A DNA stretch of 60,953 bases, counting the filler, from Circinaria calcarea (taxonomy: Eukaryota): NCBI GenBank assembly GCA_051942165.1. It is 12 parts of 12 records of this genome, joined end to end, with 100 filler letters (N's around TTAATTAATTAA, not from the genome) between each part and the next. Parts side by side here need not be neighbours in the genome. Positions count along the whole stretch, not along the records: positions 1 to 4,998 come from JAVECS010002086.1; positions 5,099 to 10,096 come from JAVECS010002087.1; 10 more parts are not named here. One strand, given 5' to 3'. A program made the position numbers and the translations under genes. Below are positions 1 through 10,196 of this stretch, one piece after another. Positions within the stretch are counted from its first letter, which is position 1. Each line of letters opens with the position of its first letter. Under the pieces are notes generated by a model. It had not been told where the DNA came from. It saw only the letters and a program-made list of their open reading frames with translations, and ran no database searches.

Positions 1-834
1 GGGGGAAGGGGGAACAAGTTGGAGTAGGAGGGAGCAGCAGGGGAGTAAGAGAGAGCAGCACGCAGGGATACACCTGTCCCGTGCCCTATATTAGGTGGGG
101 CGGAGCAAGTGGGAGCCTGAACTTGCTAGTTTTGAGCCCGGCTTCAGTTGCCTACCTGATTTTTGAAAATAAAATAGCGGGCCACTTCGTGTCGAGACTG
201 GAGGCTGCTCTCAAAGTCGCGTCATTCAGCAATACTAATTCAGCTTTGTGAGAAAATTATGCCATAACTAGAAACTTTCATACGCTGTTGGAATGCATAA
301 TTGAATTTTAGTTACTTTCCCGTTCGATAATAAATATAAAATTAGGACGTTCGAGGTGAGAAAAAAACAGTCGCTATAACAGGTGAAGATGCCGCCTAGT
401 TATTGCCATAGAGCGTTGCTTTCAGGGGTTAACACAATATTTTTTCGGTGTAATTGGGTGGGAGCGAAACCACTGTCCTCACTTTCGAGATGCTGTATGC
501 TGTATCAACACATGAGCAAGCTGATTCCAGAAAAGCTTTTGATATTGGAAAAGTGGAAGTAAACGTACAGAGATCTCACGAGAAGTATTATTTCAGCCAC
601 TTCTTTTAAAGAGAAGATGATTGCTGCTGTGCTATTTACGGAGTCAAGAAGAATCCTGGCAATCTGAATAGGGATTGGTGCGTTTATTTATTGGGGAAAG
701 CATAATAAGGTTCGTCCGGTGCATATAACAGAACAGTAAGCTGCTGACGTGCAGGAGCATCGATAGAACTAGAAGACGATATTTTAAATAAGCCAGAGGG
801 AGTAAAAACTTTAAGGACCACGATTATCCAAAAG

Positions 835-3800
835 CTACAAAGGATCCGCGGCGAGAATATCATATGGTCTGAACCTCTTACGGCTCAGCCCGTTATCTTG
901 GTTATCTGGCAGTATTCGCTTTTGCATCTGAGTGCTTGCATCTGAAGAGCAATACCTCATTTCTGGTCTAATTCTCAAAAGCCTCCTCTTTAAATGAGAG
1001 ATAACCTGTGGTGGAAATATATTTTCCAAAATTGGCCAGCAGTTATCTCTTTCGGCGCCGATAATTTTCGTCATGATTAGAAGCCTCTCTGAAACTTTAG
1101 AGAGAAGGCAGTGATTAATCTGTTTGTCGTTGTATACTGAAGTTTGGGAAAGGTGATGGAGGAACAAATCAAGCGCCGTCCTGTTTTGTAATCGAGAGCC
1201 ACTAAACCTAGGACTACACACCGAGATACGTATATCAGCACCTGCGGCAATGAAACAATCCAAGGCCTGAAGATATAGCGCCTCGTAAGACGACTTTACA
1301 GGTATGCAGAAAGATAAATAAACAAAGTTTATCCAAACCGGGGTAGAGTATGACGTGGGCTGCTCTAAAATTATGGCGTTCGGGTTCCCTCCTCTTTTAA
1401 GTATCAAAGCAAACAGCCCACTGTGAAGAGTCCATTTAAGCTTCCAAGCAGCCACGTCAAGAGATTTGTTGGACAATGATCCTGGCGTAACGAGAGTCAG
1501 ATTCAACGGCATTATCTTTAACAGCATCTCTTTCCACGCCAATTGCATCATATGATAGGGTACGGCAATGCTGTACGAGTCACAGTACGTTTCGTTTGGG
1601 TGGGAGCCGACCTTTAAGAGATATCGAAGGAAGTCCATCTGCCTGTGAGGTTTGAGTGTAGTTGTTAATGATATGACCATAGAGAAGATCATGAATGACT
1701 CCGCCGAAGCTTTGAACTCGGGAAAGTAATCGGGTAGCCTCAGCAGGACCTGGTGGAGATACCCAACAAGGGAAACGTTGATTACGGGTTCCCAGAAGAA
1801 CAAGCTAACAGGGTTGGAGGAGTTTCCCCACACATTGAGGCGTGCCTGATTAGTTTTATGCATCTGCGGTATGCAGTAGGCTAACTCGTCGAGAAGTTTA
1901 TACACGGTAAAATTCTCCTCGAGCTGTTTCGCAAAGGTAAGAGCTTCTAGTAACGCGGACATGAGCCTAGAAGTAGTGTATCTGGCGAAGTCCGTTCGAT
2001 CGACGAACTCGGTGAATTTTGTGCTTTTTATATATGCTGTAAAAGCTCTCAGGAGGGAAAGTTTGGCATTGAATCGCGTGGGGGCTTTTCTGTCCAAGTA
2101 GTTTGACATCTCTGGAGTTCTCAGGAAGTCCATGACACTACGATGAAGGAATTCGACGTGGTGGGTGTTGACTTCGAGGAGACCCCGACACCTTCCATTC
2201 AAACGCCGTGTGATCTGCGCCTGCGTTAACGTGACTTGCTTTGCGTCCATAGGCTGAAGTGGGAGCTTCAGAGCATTATTTTTGTCTTCGTATTCCTCGT
2301 CGTGAAATTTGTAAATGGCGATGGGCGCTGGTTGCCCCGCTGCCAAAGCTATCTGTAACGTAGTCGCCATCTTCTCATGGTAGAAAGGCTCAACCGATTC
2401 AAGGATTTGTTTGAAGAACATCTCCAAGTCCGTGGGAATGTTTTCAAGTCTTCTTCGCATGTCCGAGAAACTGTCATATTCAGTGAGGCCATTGCGAAGC
2501 AATCTAGTAACCAAAAATACCCATAAAAATACTCCAGCAGCTCTTTCTGTGATCTGGTCGACCAGCCATTCGGCATTCCTAATCTCAATCATTAGTTCCT
2601 TCCACCTAGGGTGCTCTTGATGTCTATCTTCGGCATAAGACCGAATGTCTTTCCGTGTCAGCCTATTCATGTAAAGCTTTGAAGAAACATCTCGACCAAA
2701 GAAGTCCTCGAAAACATTCCAAGGTCGGCTTGAAACGCAAAGCTTGATATGGGGCGACCTGGAAAGCGTCTGCAGTACGTCACAAAACTCAAGATAGTCG
2801 CCTTCGAATTCATCCAGGCCGTCGATGAAAAAACAGAATTTGGCAGTAAGTTTTTCTTGATTGGCGATCCGCTGCAGTATTTTGCGCAGTTCAGGTAGGT
2901 GCCATTCATCATGGTTAAGCTGTTTAATCGTTTTCGGCCATCGCTCAGTACACGTCGACTCGATGAGATCTGGAAGCTGCCGGAAAATTCCGTATAATAA
3001 CGTTTGTAGGAGACCTTGCCAGGACTTCTGCATAGGGGTACCAGCACTCCAGAAAAAGTGCCTTGCGATGACTGCAGGCTTGGGATAAGACCAGATAGAC
3101 AATGCTCGGAGAGTTTGTGGTTGGTCGGTAACAAATTTCATAAGTGTTGACTTGCCAGAACCCGGCTTGCCAGAAACCCAAAAGAAGCCGTCCTCTTTCC
3201 GAAGCCATCCAAGCAAATTACCTGTGCTCGACTCTTCATGCTGATCACACGATTCCTTGAAAACCCATCCAAAGGTTTGGTGATGTGCCTCTGGTATGGA
3301 CGAGTACCTAATTGGACGACTTTCGAAGCTCAGACTTCTCAGAATTATGTGTTCCTTGGCCACATCCGCCTTTGCCATAGAGAGCTGAGACATCTGGCTC
3401 TGGAGGGACTCAATGTCGGCAGGTTTGAAAGTCTTGGCCAGTGGCTCTGGGCCTGCGAATTCAATGCGTGTACCCAGATCACAGATAAGTCTCGTAATGT
3501 CGTCAAGCCTCGTAGATTGCTGTGAGTTCAGGCTCTCGTTATCTTGGCGCATGTTTTCAAGCTGGTGCTGAAAGACGTCGTGCCAATAACTAAGTGTTGA
3601 ATCAGCTTCTTTAATAAAAATTGTAGAGGCCCGGCTCATGTACCTTGTCAATGTACAGATATGAAGCGTCAAAGTTGCCTGAACATAATGTAGCCTTTGC
3701 TCTAGGTCCGCAATCTCATTCCTTTTCCAAACAGTCTTCAAAGCGATCGTGAAGCTCTGCCATCGCTTCTTGGACCCGTCTCCGACTCGGAGCTCGCGAA

Positions 3801-4104
3801 GAACATCCAGAAGTCTATCGCAGTCCATTTTACACGACTGCGACAGGCCGTTGACGGAAAAAACATGCTCAACGAAATTTGATTTCTCTTTCACTGCCTC
3901 GAGCTTGGGATCCTTCTGCGAGGACAATTCAAGACTTGAACTGAGATCCCGGAGCTGTGCGTAGACCGTTTCAAGGCTCAAGACCTTGTTGGTGCATCCC
4001 TTTGTTGAGGTGTATATCTCCTTTGATTTCGATAATAGCTCGGACACGAAGCTCACGAATTGCGCGACGTTCGCTGAAAGCCCGAGTGCTGTCAGCGGAT
4101 CCAT
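835..4104 (-). CDS. NACHT-domain (fungal STAND/NLR-like) protein with N-terminal helical domain
   Basis: Typical fungal NLR start MDPLTALGLSANVAQFVSF at 4104. Walker A GKPGSGKST, Walker B FCFFIDGLDE, VSSRP, GVFLWV and FLHRSVMDFL motifs. Probable in-frame 54-nt intron 3590-3643 (GTACAT..GCTGAT..TTAG). Confidence 0.93.
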   Translation of the reverse strand: MDPLTALGLSANVAQFVSFVSELLSKSKEIYTSTKGCTNKVLSLETVYAQLRDLSSSLELSSQKDPKLEAVKEKSNFVEHVFSVNGLSQSCKMDCDRLLDVLRELRVGDGSKKRWQSFTIALKTVWKRNEIADLEQRLHYVQATLTLHICTLTRYMSRASTIFIKEADSTLSYWHDVFQHQLENMRQDNESLNSQQSTRLDDITRLICDLGTRIEFAGPEPLAKTFKPADIESLQSQMSQLSMAKADVAKEHIILRSLSFESRPIRYSSIPEAHHQTFGWVFKESCDQHEESSTGNLLGWLRKEDGFFWVSGKPGSGKSTLMKFVTDQPQTLRALSIWSYPKPAVIARHFFWSAGTPMQKSWQGLLQTLLYGIFRQLPDLIESTCTERWPKTIKQLNHDEWHLPELRKILQRIANQEKLTAKFCFFIDGLDEFEGDYLEFCDVLQTLSRSPHIKLCVSSRPWNVFEDFFGRDVSSKLYMNRLTRKDIRSYAEDRHQEHPRWKELMIEIRNAEWLVDQITERAAGVFLWVFLVTRLLRNGLTEYDSFSDMRRRLENIPTDLEMFFKQILESVEPFYHEKMATTLQIALAAGQPAPIAIYKFHDEEYEDKNNALKLPLQPMDAKQVTLTQAQITRRLNGRCRGLLEVNTHHVEFLHRSVMDFLRTPEMSNYLDRKAPTRFNAKLSLLRAFTAYIKSTKFTEFVDRTDFARYTTSRLMSALLEALTFAKQLEENFTVYKLLDELAYCIPQMHKTNQARLNVWGNSSNPVSLFFWEPVINVSLVGYLHQVLLRLPDYFPEFKASAESFMIFSMVISLTTTLKPHRQMDFLRYLLKVGSHPNETYCDSYSIAVPYHMMQLAWKEMLLKIMPLNLTLVTPGSLSNKSLDVAAWKLKWTLHSGLFALILKRGGNPNAIILEQPTSYSTPVWINFVYLSFCIPVKSSYEALYLQALDCFIAAGADIRISVCSPRFSGSRLQNRTALDLFLHHLSQTSVYNDKQINHCLLSKVSERLLIMTKIIGAERDNCWPILENIFPPQVISHLKRRLLRIRPEMRYCSSDASTQMQKRILPDNQDNGLSRKRFRPYDILAADPL

Positions 4105-4699
4105 GTCTGTGGTGTATACACTGACAACAAGGTGCCAATGGCTTGACTTAGGTGAGCCGTACGCTCGTGATAATTCGGTAAGTATTAGAGAGACTGGATG
4201 AGATCCAGATAATATATATATATTATATATGCCCCGAGATGAGGGTGAGCCTAGTCCGTTTTCAGTTTGGAAAGGGAGCAAGGCCGTTTTAAGAGGGAGC
4301 GGCGAGAGAGCAAAATAACGCAGCGGGGGAACAAAGAGTGAGCACAGGGGAGCACCGAGGGAGCATGGAGGAGCACTGAGGGATCATAAGGGAGTACTAT
4401 AGGGCAGTGCAAAGGCGCAGCAGGCGGGAGCCTGAAATGGCTTCCTCCGTCTCGGCTTGAGCTGCCCTTGATGCTTTCCTGCTACCTAGAACTTCGCCAC
4501 TTCCTACAGGATTCTTTGGAAAATGATCTCAAGACGGCCAATTCTGAATAAATTGTTGAGTATGTCTAAGAAACAAGTGCCCTGAAACGAAGTGAAACGA
4601 AGTGGAAGGGTTTAACTTCGGCGCAAGATTTTCCGAACCGAACCAAAATTTTGCAGTGTTCTCACTCTGGCCGCAAGAATTACCTGATTAGGTTTAACT

Positions 4700-4800
4700 T
4701 ATCGCTCGATCGGGCCTAGTTTTTCGCTCGATCGGGCTTAATTTTTCGTTCAATCGAGTCTAGTTTTTCGCTCAATCGAGTCTAATTTTTCGCTCGAATA
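4700..4800. repeat. 22-bp minisatellite (TTTTCGCTCGATCGGGCCTAGT-like), ~4.5 copies
   Basis: Visible tandem units that differ by C>T/G>A changes. Confidence 0.85.
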
Positions 4801-4841
4801 GGAAAAATATCTACTACATTCAGCGTAGCGTACTAATTTTA

Positions 4842-4998
4842 ATGCTGAGCTTATGCTATTTTATGCTTCTTATTACACTATGTTATGCTGCGTGCTATGC
4901 CATACTACGTGCTCTTTCCATGCTATACTGCGAGCTATGCTATGCTGCGAGCTATGCTATGCCGCCAGCTATGCTATGCTGCGTACTATACTACGTGC
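4842..4998. repeat. Low-complexity (CTATG/ATGCT) repeat, related to 16445-16850
   Basis: Shared ATGCTGCGTGCT and TTTCCATGCTATACTGC motifs at both loci. Confidence 0.7.
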
Positions 4999-5098
4999 NN
5001 NNNNNNNNNNNNNNNNNNNNNNNNNNNNNNNNNNNNNNNNNNTTAATTAATTAANNNNNNNNNNNNNNNNNNNNNNNNNNNNNNNNNNNNNNNNNNNN
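4999..5098. other. Artificial contig spacer (44 N + TTAATTAATTAA + 44 N); same spacer at 10097-10196, 15191-15290, 20283-20382, 25375-25474, 30466-30565, 35556-35655, 40641-40740, 45724-45823, 50804-50903, 55881-55980
   Basis: Identical 100-bp linker with stops in all six frames, 11 times. Segments between linkers decrease in length from 4998 to 4973 bp. Confidence 0.99.
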
Positions 5099-5660
5099 GG
5101 GGGAAGAGAAGGGGTTTTGTGGATTTGAGGGTGAGTGGGCTGGTTCTTTTTTTTTTTTGGGAGGGTATATTGGGAGTCTTTTTTGGGGGCAGGGGGTAAG
5201 GAAGGGGTTGAGGCTGAGGCTGAGGGTGAAGGTGAAGGGAAGAAAAATAGAGCTTCTGCTAATTGGTATGCGTGGTTCTTAGGCACAGAGGAAGGAGTTT
5301 GCGGATTGGGTAAGAGGGGAGTGAGGGGATTGAACGAGTAGGTTGGTAGTGGTGGATGGGTTGGTTGGGGTCTCTGGTGTACACATACGGTGTGGATGAA
5401 GTGGATAATACCATATGGGTGCTGAGACGGATTGATTTTGACTTCTTGTATGAGGAAGATAACCCTAGACCAAACCGATCACAATTCCATCTGCTTCTAA
5501 GTGTTGGAATGTACATATGTAAGATAAGCTGTTCGAGTCTGTGTCTAGTTGCCATTGACCTAAGGTCTGCGGGTAGGTTTGAAAACCCGTTCGCTCTCAA
5601 CTAGCCTTAGGTTACCCTATAGGATGAACTGCTTTGCCCATCGTTCCGTGTCGTAATTCC

Positions 5661-6789
5661 TTATGCCCTCCCTGGGTTTCCCACCTGAATGATCTCTCCT
5701 GTCCTTCTCTCATCCTCTCTCAGCACCGGCCAACTCGCTCCGTCGCTCTTCACGAGTGTGAACTCGATTTTCGTACCCATAATCTTCCAAGTTGATTTCT
5801 CAGTATCTATGGGACCGTACAACCGGATGGTAGTTTGGTAGCATTTCTTATCCGATGTGTGAAGGTCAAGTTCCAGTGAATTTTGGGATGCGAAGGAGAC
5901 GGTCGACGTTGGCTTGGATATCTTCTTGAGGTAGAAAGAAGCGTGAACTGTAGTTGAGGTTTGGTAGAAATCGTAGCTGAATTGAGCTTTAGTCAACATA
6001 CTAGGAAGTTCCAGTTCAAGTACAAGTACATTGACTGAACGGACGATTTAGATAACTTACCGCACGTTATCCAATTTCTCCTCTTCCTCGCCCACCTTTC
6101 GGCCCTTCCTTCCACTTCCAACAAACATGTGCCGGGCTTTCCTCTTACACCCTTCTATACGCATGAATTCGTCAAACTCTAGCACCCGCCTCTTACAGCA
6201 TGTCCAGCCCTTGCTACCCTCGTGGAAGAGCGGATGACCCGGATGATAAACACAATCCTCGCCCTCACGCGACAATGTATTGGGATCAGGCGGTGAAGTG
6301 GCATTGCAAGTCTGCCGTCGACAGGTGGTGTTGGGCGGAATTCTAATTGAGGGATCATCTGATTCTGACTCGGGTTCTGGGGGTGGAGGTGAGGATGCGC
6401 GGGGTTGAGGGGCTCGAGGGACTTGTTCAGGAGCCGGAGCATCATCGGTGGTCGCAGTTATAGCCTTTGTGGTTGGTACTGGAGGAGCTTCCCCATCCAC
6501 TTCCGGAGTTGGCTTGGGCAATGGGGTATCATCCACAGTCGAGTGCTTTCCTGTTGTACATGGTGGAATGGAGAGGAACTCGTCAAAGGTCAAAACGCGA
6601 GGTTTGCAGCATTTCCAGCCTGGTCAGAAAGTATTAGTGATGACCAAGAGGTTTGACGGTGTTATGAAAGGGCGTGCGGACACCTTTCTGCCCTTCATGG
6701 AAGATGGGCGGTCCAGGGTGGTAAAAACAGTCTTGCTCCAAATCTGTGAATGTCTTGCCACAGCCCTTGTGAACACACTTCTGGGCCAT
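5661..6789 (-). CDS. CHORD-CHORD-CS domain Hsp90 co-chaperone (CHORDC1/Chp-1/RAR1-like)
   Basis: Exons 6789-6684, 6619-6061 and 5976-5661 splice in frame. CHORD1 MAQKCVHKGCGK..YHPGPPIFHEGQKGWKCC, CHORD2 CVYHPGHPLFHEGSKGWTCC, CS domain RYDFYQT..LYGPID..KIEFTLVK. Confidence 0.95.
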
Positions 6790-7116
6790 CTCGACCATCA
6801 CAAAGGTTCGCGTGGTTGGCGGCTCAGAAGACTCTCGAGGCTTTCTATGTTCCTAGAGTACCGACGACATTTTCAGTTCCTATGATACTCCTGGTTGACG
6901 GCGGAGTGAAAGTTGGTAGGGCTGAGAATTCTTCAGCTATCTTCCCTCTATCAAAACTACTGTGCGCTTTCAGGAATCAACTCTCTACATGTATCATAAC
7001 CTGCTGTCGATCTGGTATTGCTGAATTCTAAGACTGTGATTCCACTGAGCATCGATTAGCTTCAGAAATTCATCTTCATTCGGTCTTGATATTTAAATCG
7101 GTATCGTAAATCCGTC

Positions 7117-8220
7117 ATGGTCACTCTACTTGCTTTACTATCGAATTTCCCTATCCTTGAAGCCACTTTATCGGCGCTACCACTGGGTAGCCTTTTGGAT
7201 TTGTCGAAGGTCAACTCGGATTACCGTGCTGTTCTCCATGGGTTCAGCTTTGTTAACCAAGATAGTGGTCTCCCTCAAAGGACAAATACTTGTTCGCGTT
7301 TACACATTGGGCAACACCAGACAGCGACCTGGCGTCACTATAAATCTATCAGTCAGCTAGAGTGTTCCGAGCGACACCACACCAGAGGCAACAACATTCG
7401 AGGATGTCGTGTGTGCTCTATGCCTGTATGTGAAGCGTGTATCGTCAAGTCTTCTTTTGGAAAGAAGGAAAACACATTCCGAGCTCGGACCCGACGCCTC
7501 TGCCAGGAATGTTGGGTGATTGGAAATCCACATGCTGAGAGCCTTCAGCCAGAGATCCATGCCATTGCACTGCTAGACTACGCCTCAAGTGAAATTTGCC
7601 GTTGCACTGCAAGGGATGGAACGCTTTGCCTGAGTTGCAAAGAACGGCAGAATTCAGAACATATTCAACAGCGAGGTTGTTGCATTGGTTACGGCTGTAA
7701 GAATGATGGATTAAATGATGACGGTGCTACTAGCCGTGTTTGTCTGTGGTGCCATCGTATTTTACCTGGCCGTCGAAGCAAGGAAGAGTGGAGAAAAGAG
7801 TATGACTCGCGACATGTTCCATTACCAGAACAATACGAGGAAAGGAGAGCTCCGTCAACGTCGTCGTCGAGACGGTGGACGTCATTTGATGATCAGAGGT
7901 GGACTACTCGTAAGGAGGAGGATTCTGGTCCATTGAACATTCGGACTATGATACCAGAACAAAGTGGTCTGAAGGGAAACATGCGTCATGTCACACTCGA
8001 TAAAGTTTGCGAGCAAGAGGCCGCTGAAACCTGTGCATATTTCAATGAGGACAACACCATCGGTGATGAGGTGTACGATCACACTCGGGCTACTCGGTCT
8101 GAATTGAGGAGGCTAAAGAAGCCTCCGGATGACGATTTCGTCTTTGTGTATCATGAAGATATCGAGATGCTCATGACTCATAGCAAAGCAGACCTGACAA
8201 AAATATCTTCAGATGCGTAG
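7117..8220 (+). CDS. Uncharacterised Cys-rich protein with F-box-like N-terminus, divergent from the CHORD gene
   Basis: 367-aa ORF. N-terminus LLSNFPILEATLSALP..LLDLSKVN resembles an F-box. Multiple CxxC pairs (CRVCSMPVCEAC, LCQEC, CxC..LCLSC, VCLWC). Confidence 0.7.
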   Translation: MVTLLALLSNFPILEATLSALPLGSLLDLSKVNSDYRAVLHGFSFVNQDSGLPQRTNTCSRLHIGQHQTATWRHYKSISQLECSERHHTRGNNIRGCRVCSMPVCEACIVKSSFGKKENTFRARTRRLCQECWVIGNPHAESLQPEIHAIALLDYASSEICRCTARDGTLCLSCKERQNSEHIQQRGCCIGYGCKNDGLNDDGATSRVCLWCHRILPGRRSKEEWRKEYDSRHVPLPEQYEERRAPSTSSSRRWTSFDDQRWTTRKEEDSGPLNIRTMIPEQSGLKGNMRHVTLDKVCEQEAAETCAYFNEDNTIGDEVYDHTRATRSELRRLKKPPDDDFVFVYHEDIEMLMTHSKADLTKISSDA

Positions 8221-9013
8221 GACCCCTACGGACAAGTCATGCGGCGAATCATTATATATATCGGCACTGTGAGGACAGATATGATGAGTCTATTAGCTAC
8301 CTGAGGGGTCACAAAAGCAGCCTTTACCGTCTTCATGATACACCTACTGCTTCGCGTCAATATCGTGGGTATCAAGGTAGTTGAATTTACGTTATTGCGC
8401 AAGCATAACTGGTTTTGGCAATGCTACTTCCAAGACAATGCTGACGTCCAGGTCAGATCTGATAGGATTTGTCCCAATTGGGTAGCCTTTCTAGAGGCGA
8501 GGCTGAGCGGCTGTAAGGTCGAACATAATAACTTATAAATTGTAACATAAGGACCATGGTTTTAACGGTGGCGCATGCAGTACTTCCGCCCATTGGGTCG
8601 CAAATCCATCATCCCCACAACAATCAAGCGGGATGAAACACAAGCAGTGGGCAGTGATCTCCAGCTGATCGACAACTCTCCGTGGCAATGGGAAGAAGGT
8701 TGCCGACGTGGATTCGCGACTACAGTACCGTGGCACGCAAGACGGTGAAACCAAAAGTTCATACTTTTATACTAAAAAAAACCAAACAACGGCACGTTTC
8801 TTCGTATCGCGGAACATCTTCATGTCATTGGAAAGTGGACAGCAAATCCCCAATTTATATAGTTCGGTGGTAAGTCCGATAGCCTATAGACGATACGACG
8901 ACCGTCTGCCATCCCACAGTTCGCCGTGTCTATTCAAGTCTCGAACTTAAACCTATCAACCAACCAGGCTGAGAAGAGAAACCCTATCCCATCAACGAAA
9001 GATATCACAAGTC

Positions 9014-9622
9014 ATGCGTCTCATCAATGCCTTCCTCTTCATCGTCACAATAGCCATTCACACTGCCGCTGCCCTTCCCGTGGGTGAAGTTTCTTATTCC
9101 AACAGCATTGCTCTGAGAGATGCTAGTCCTGCAAGGCGACCACTTTTAGTCAACCGATGTCCCAACTTCGCACTGACGAGTCCGGAGCGGGTCCTCGGCG
9201 TATCAAATTTCAAAGGATGCAACTGGAAGATTGGGCTCATCTGCGCTAGCTTATGTGTTGGGTGCCCAGCTGGTTGCGTAGCTGTAATCGCTGAAGGGTG
9301 GGTTTAGCTCTCTCGAAAGATCCTTCTCTTCTTTTACCCTTGGCCTTTGTTTCTTATCCCTGACCCCGCAAATCCTTGGTTTTGGGGGTTACACTGACAT
9401 ATCCTCAACAGTGGCAATCCATTCATGGCCGCCCAATGCGTGGCCTGTATCGGCGTGTTAACCGGGAACTGTGCGAATTGCTGGCCTTGGCATAAAGGCC
9501 TAGAGGGCTTGTGTCCGGCAATCGAGAAATTCCCTCTGGCAAAGTGTTTGGCGCCGCTTTGTGCTAGCAGAGCTCCTGGCAGGAAGACCATCCAGGCGAT
9601 GTCTTATGAAAGAGTCACTTGA
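9014..9622 (+). CDS. Small secreted cysteine-rich protein (~164 aa, 12-13 Cys)
   Basis: Signal peptide MRLINAFLFIVTIAIHTAAA|LP. Intron 9298-9411 (GTGGGT..ACTGAC..CAG) joins two Cys-rich ORFs in frame (..VIAEGGNPFMAAQCVAC..). Confidence 0.8.
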
Positions 9623-10196
9623 TTGAGGCTTTGCATAGTACTCGGGCGGCGAGCCGTTTAATTTGCCGACTGATGTATACTATTGTTTATTATTCTTTGT
9701 GGCCAACCGACAAGTCCGAGTGGCTTTTCTTCTGGTGTTGGATACATCCAAAAGCTTAGCCTTGGGCGTTGCGTAGCTTGTAAAATCGGGACGTTTTGTT
9801 CCCAGCAAATCATTCTCCATTCCCGTGATATATCTTAGTATAAATTGATTGACTTATCTTGCGTTTCCGCCAATGCTCACACCCCACAATACACAGATTC
9901 CAACTCCCTTTTCAATTTCATTGCCCGGTCATCCTGATCTCCGAGAAAACTCATAAATCCCCCATCCCATCCCGCATCCAACTCCAACGCAGAGTTCGGG
10001 CTTGCGCTCTATTTTTTAGTTTTCCTTTCCCCCGCCGGGGTTGGGGGGGGTATGGAATAGGCGGGAAAAGTTCAAGGTGCGAGGGATTCTCGGGGGNNNN
10101 NNNNNNNNNNNNNNNNNNNNNNNNNNNNNNNNNNNNNNNNTTAATTAATTAANNNNNNNNNNNNNNNNNNNNNNNNNNNNNNNNNNNNNNNNNNNN

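Noticed and set aside
4105..4281. 59-aa N-terminal extension of the NACHT ORF
   Set aside because: It starts at TTG. The family-typical start is MDPLTAL at 4104.
4700..4800. Short repeated units resembling a CRISPR or iteron array
   Set aside because: Head-to-tail tandem units with no unique spacers, a eukaryotic context and no cas genes.
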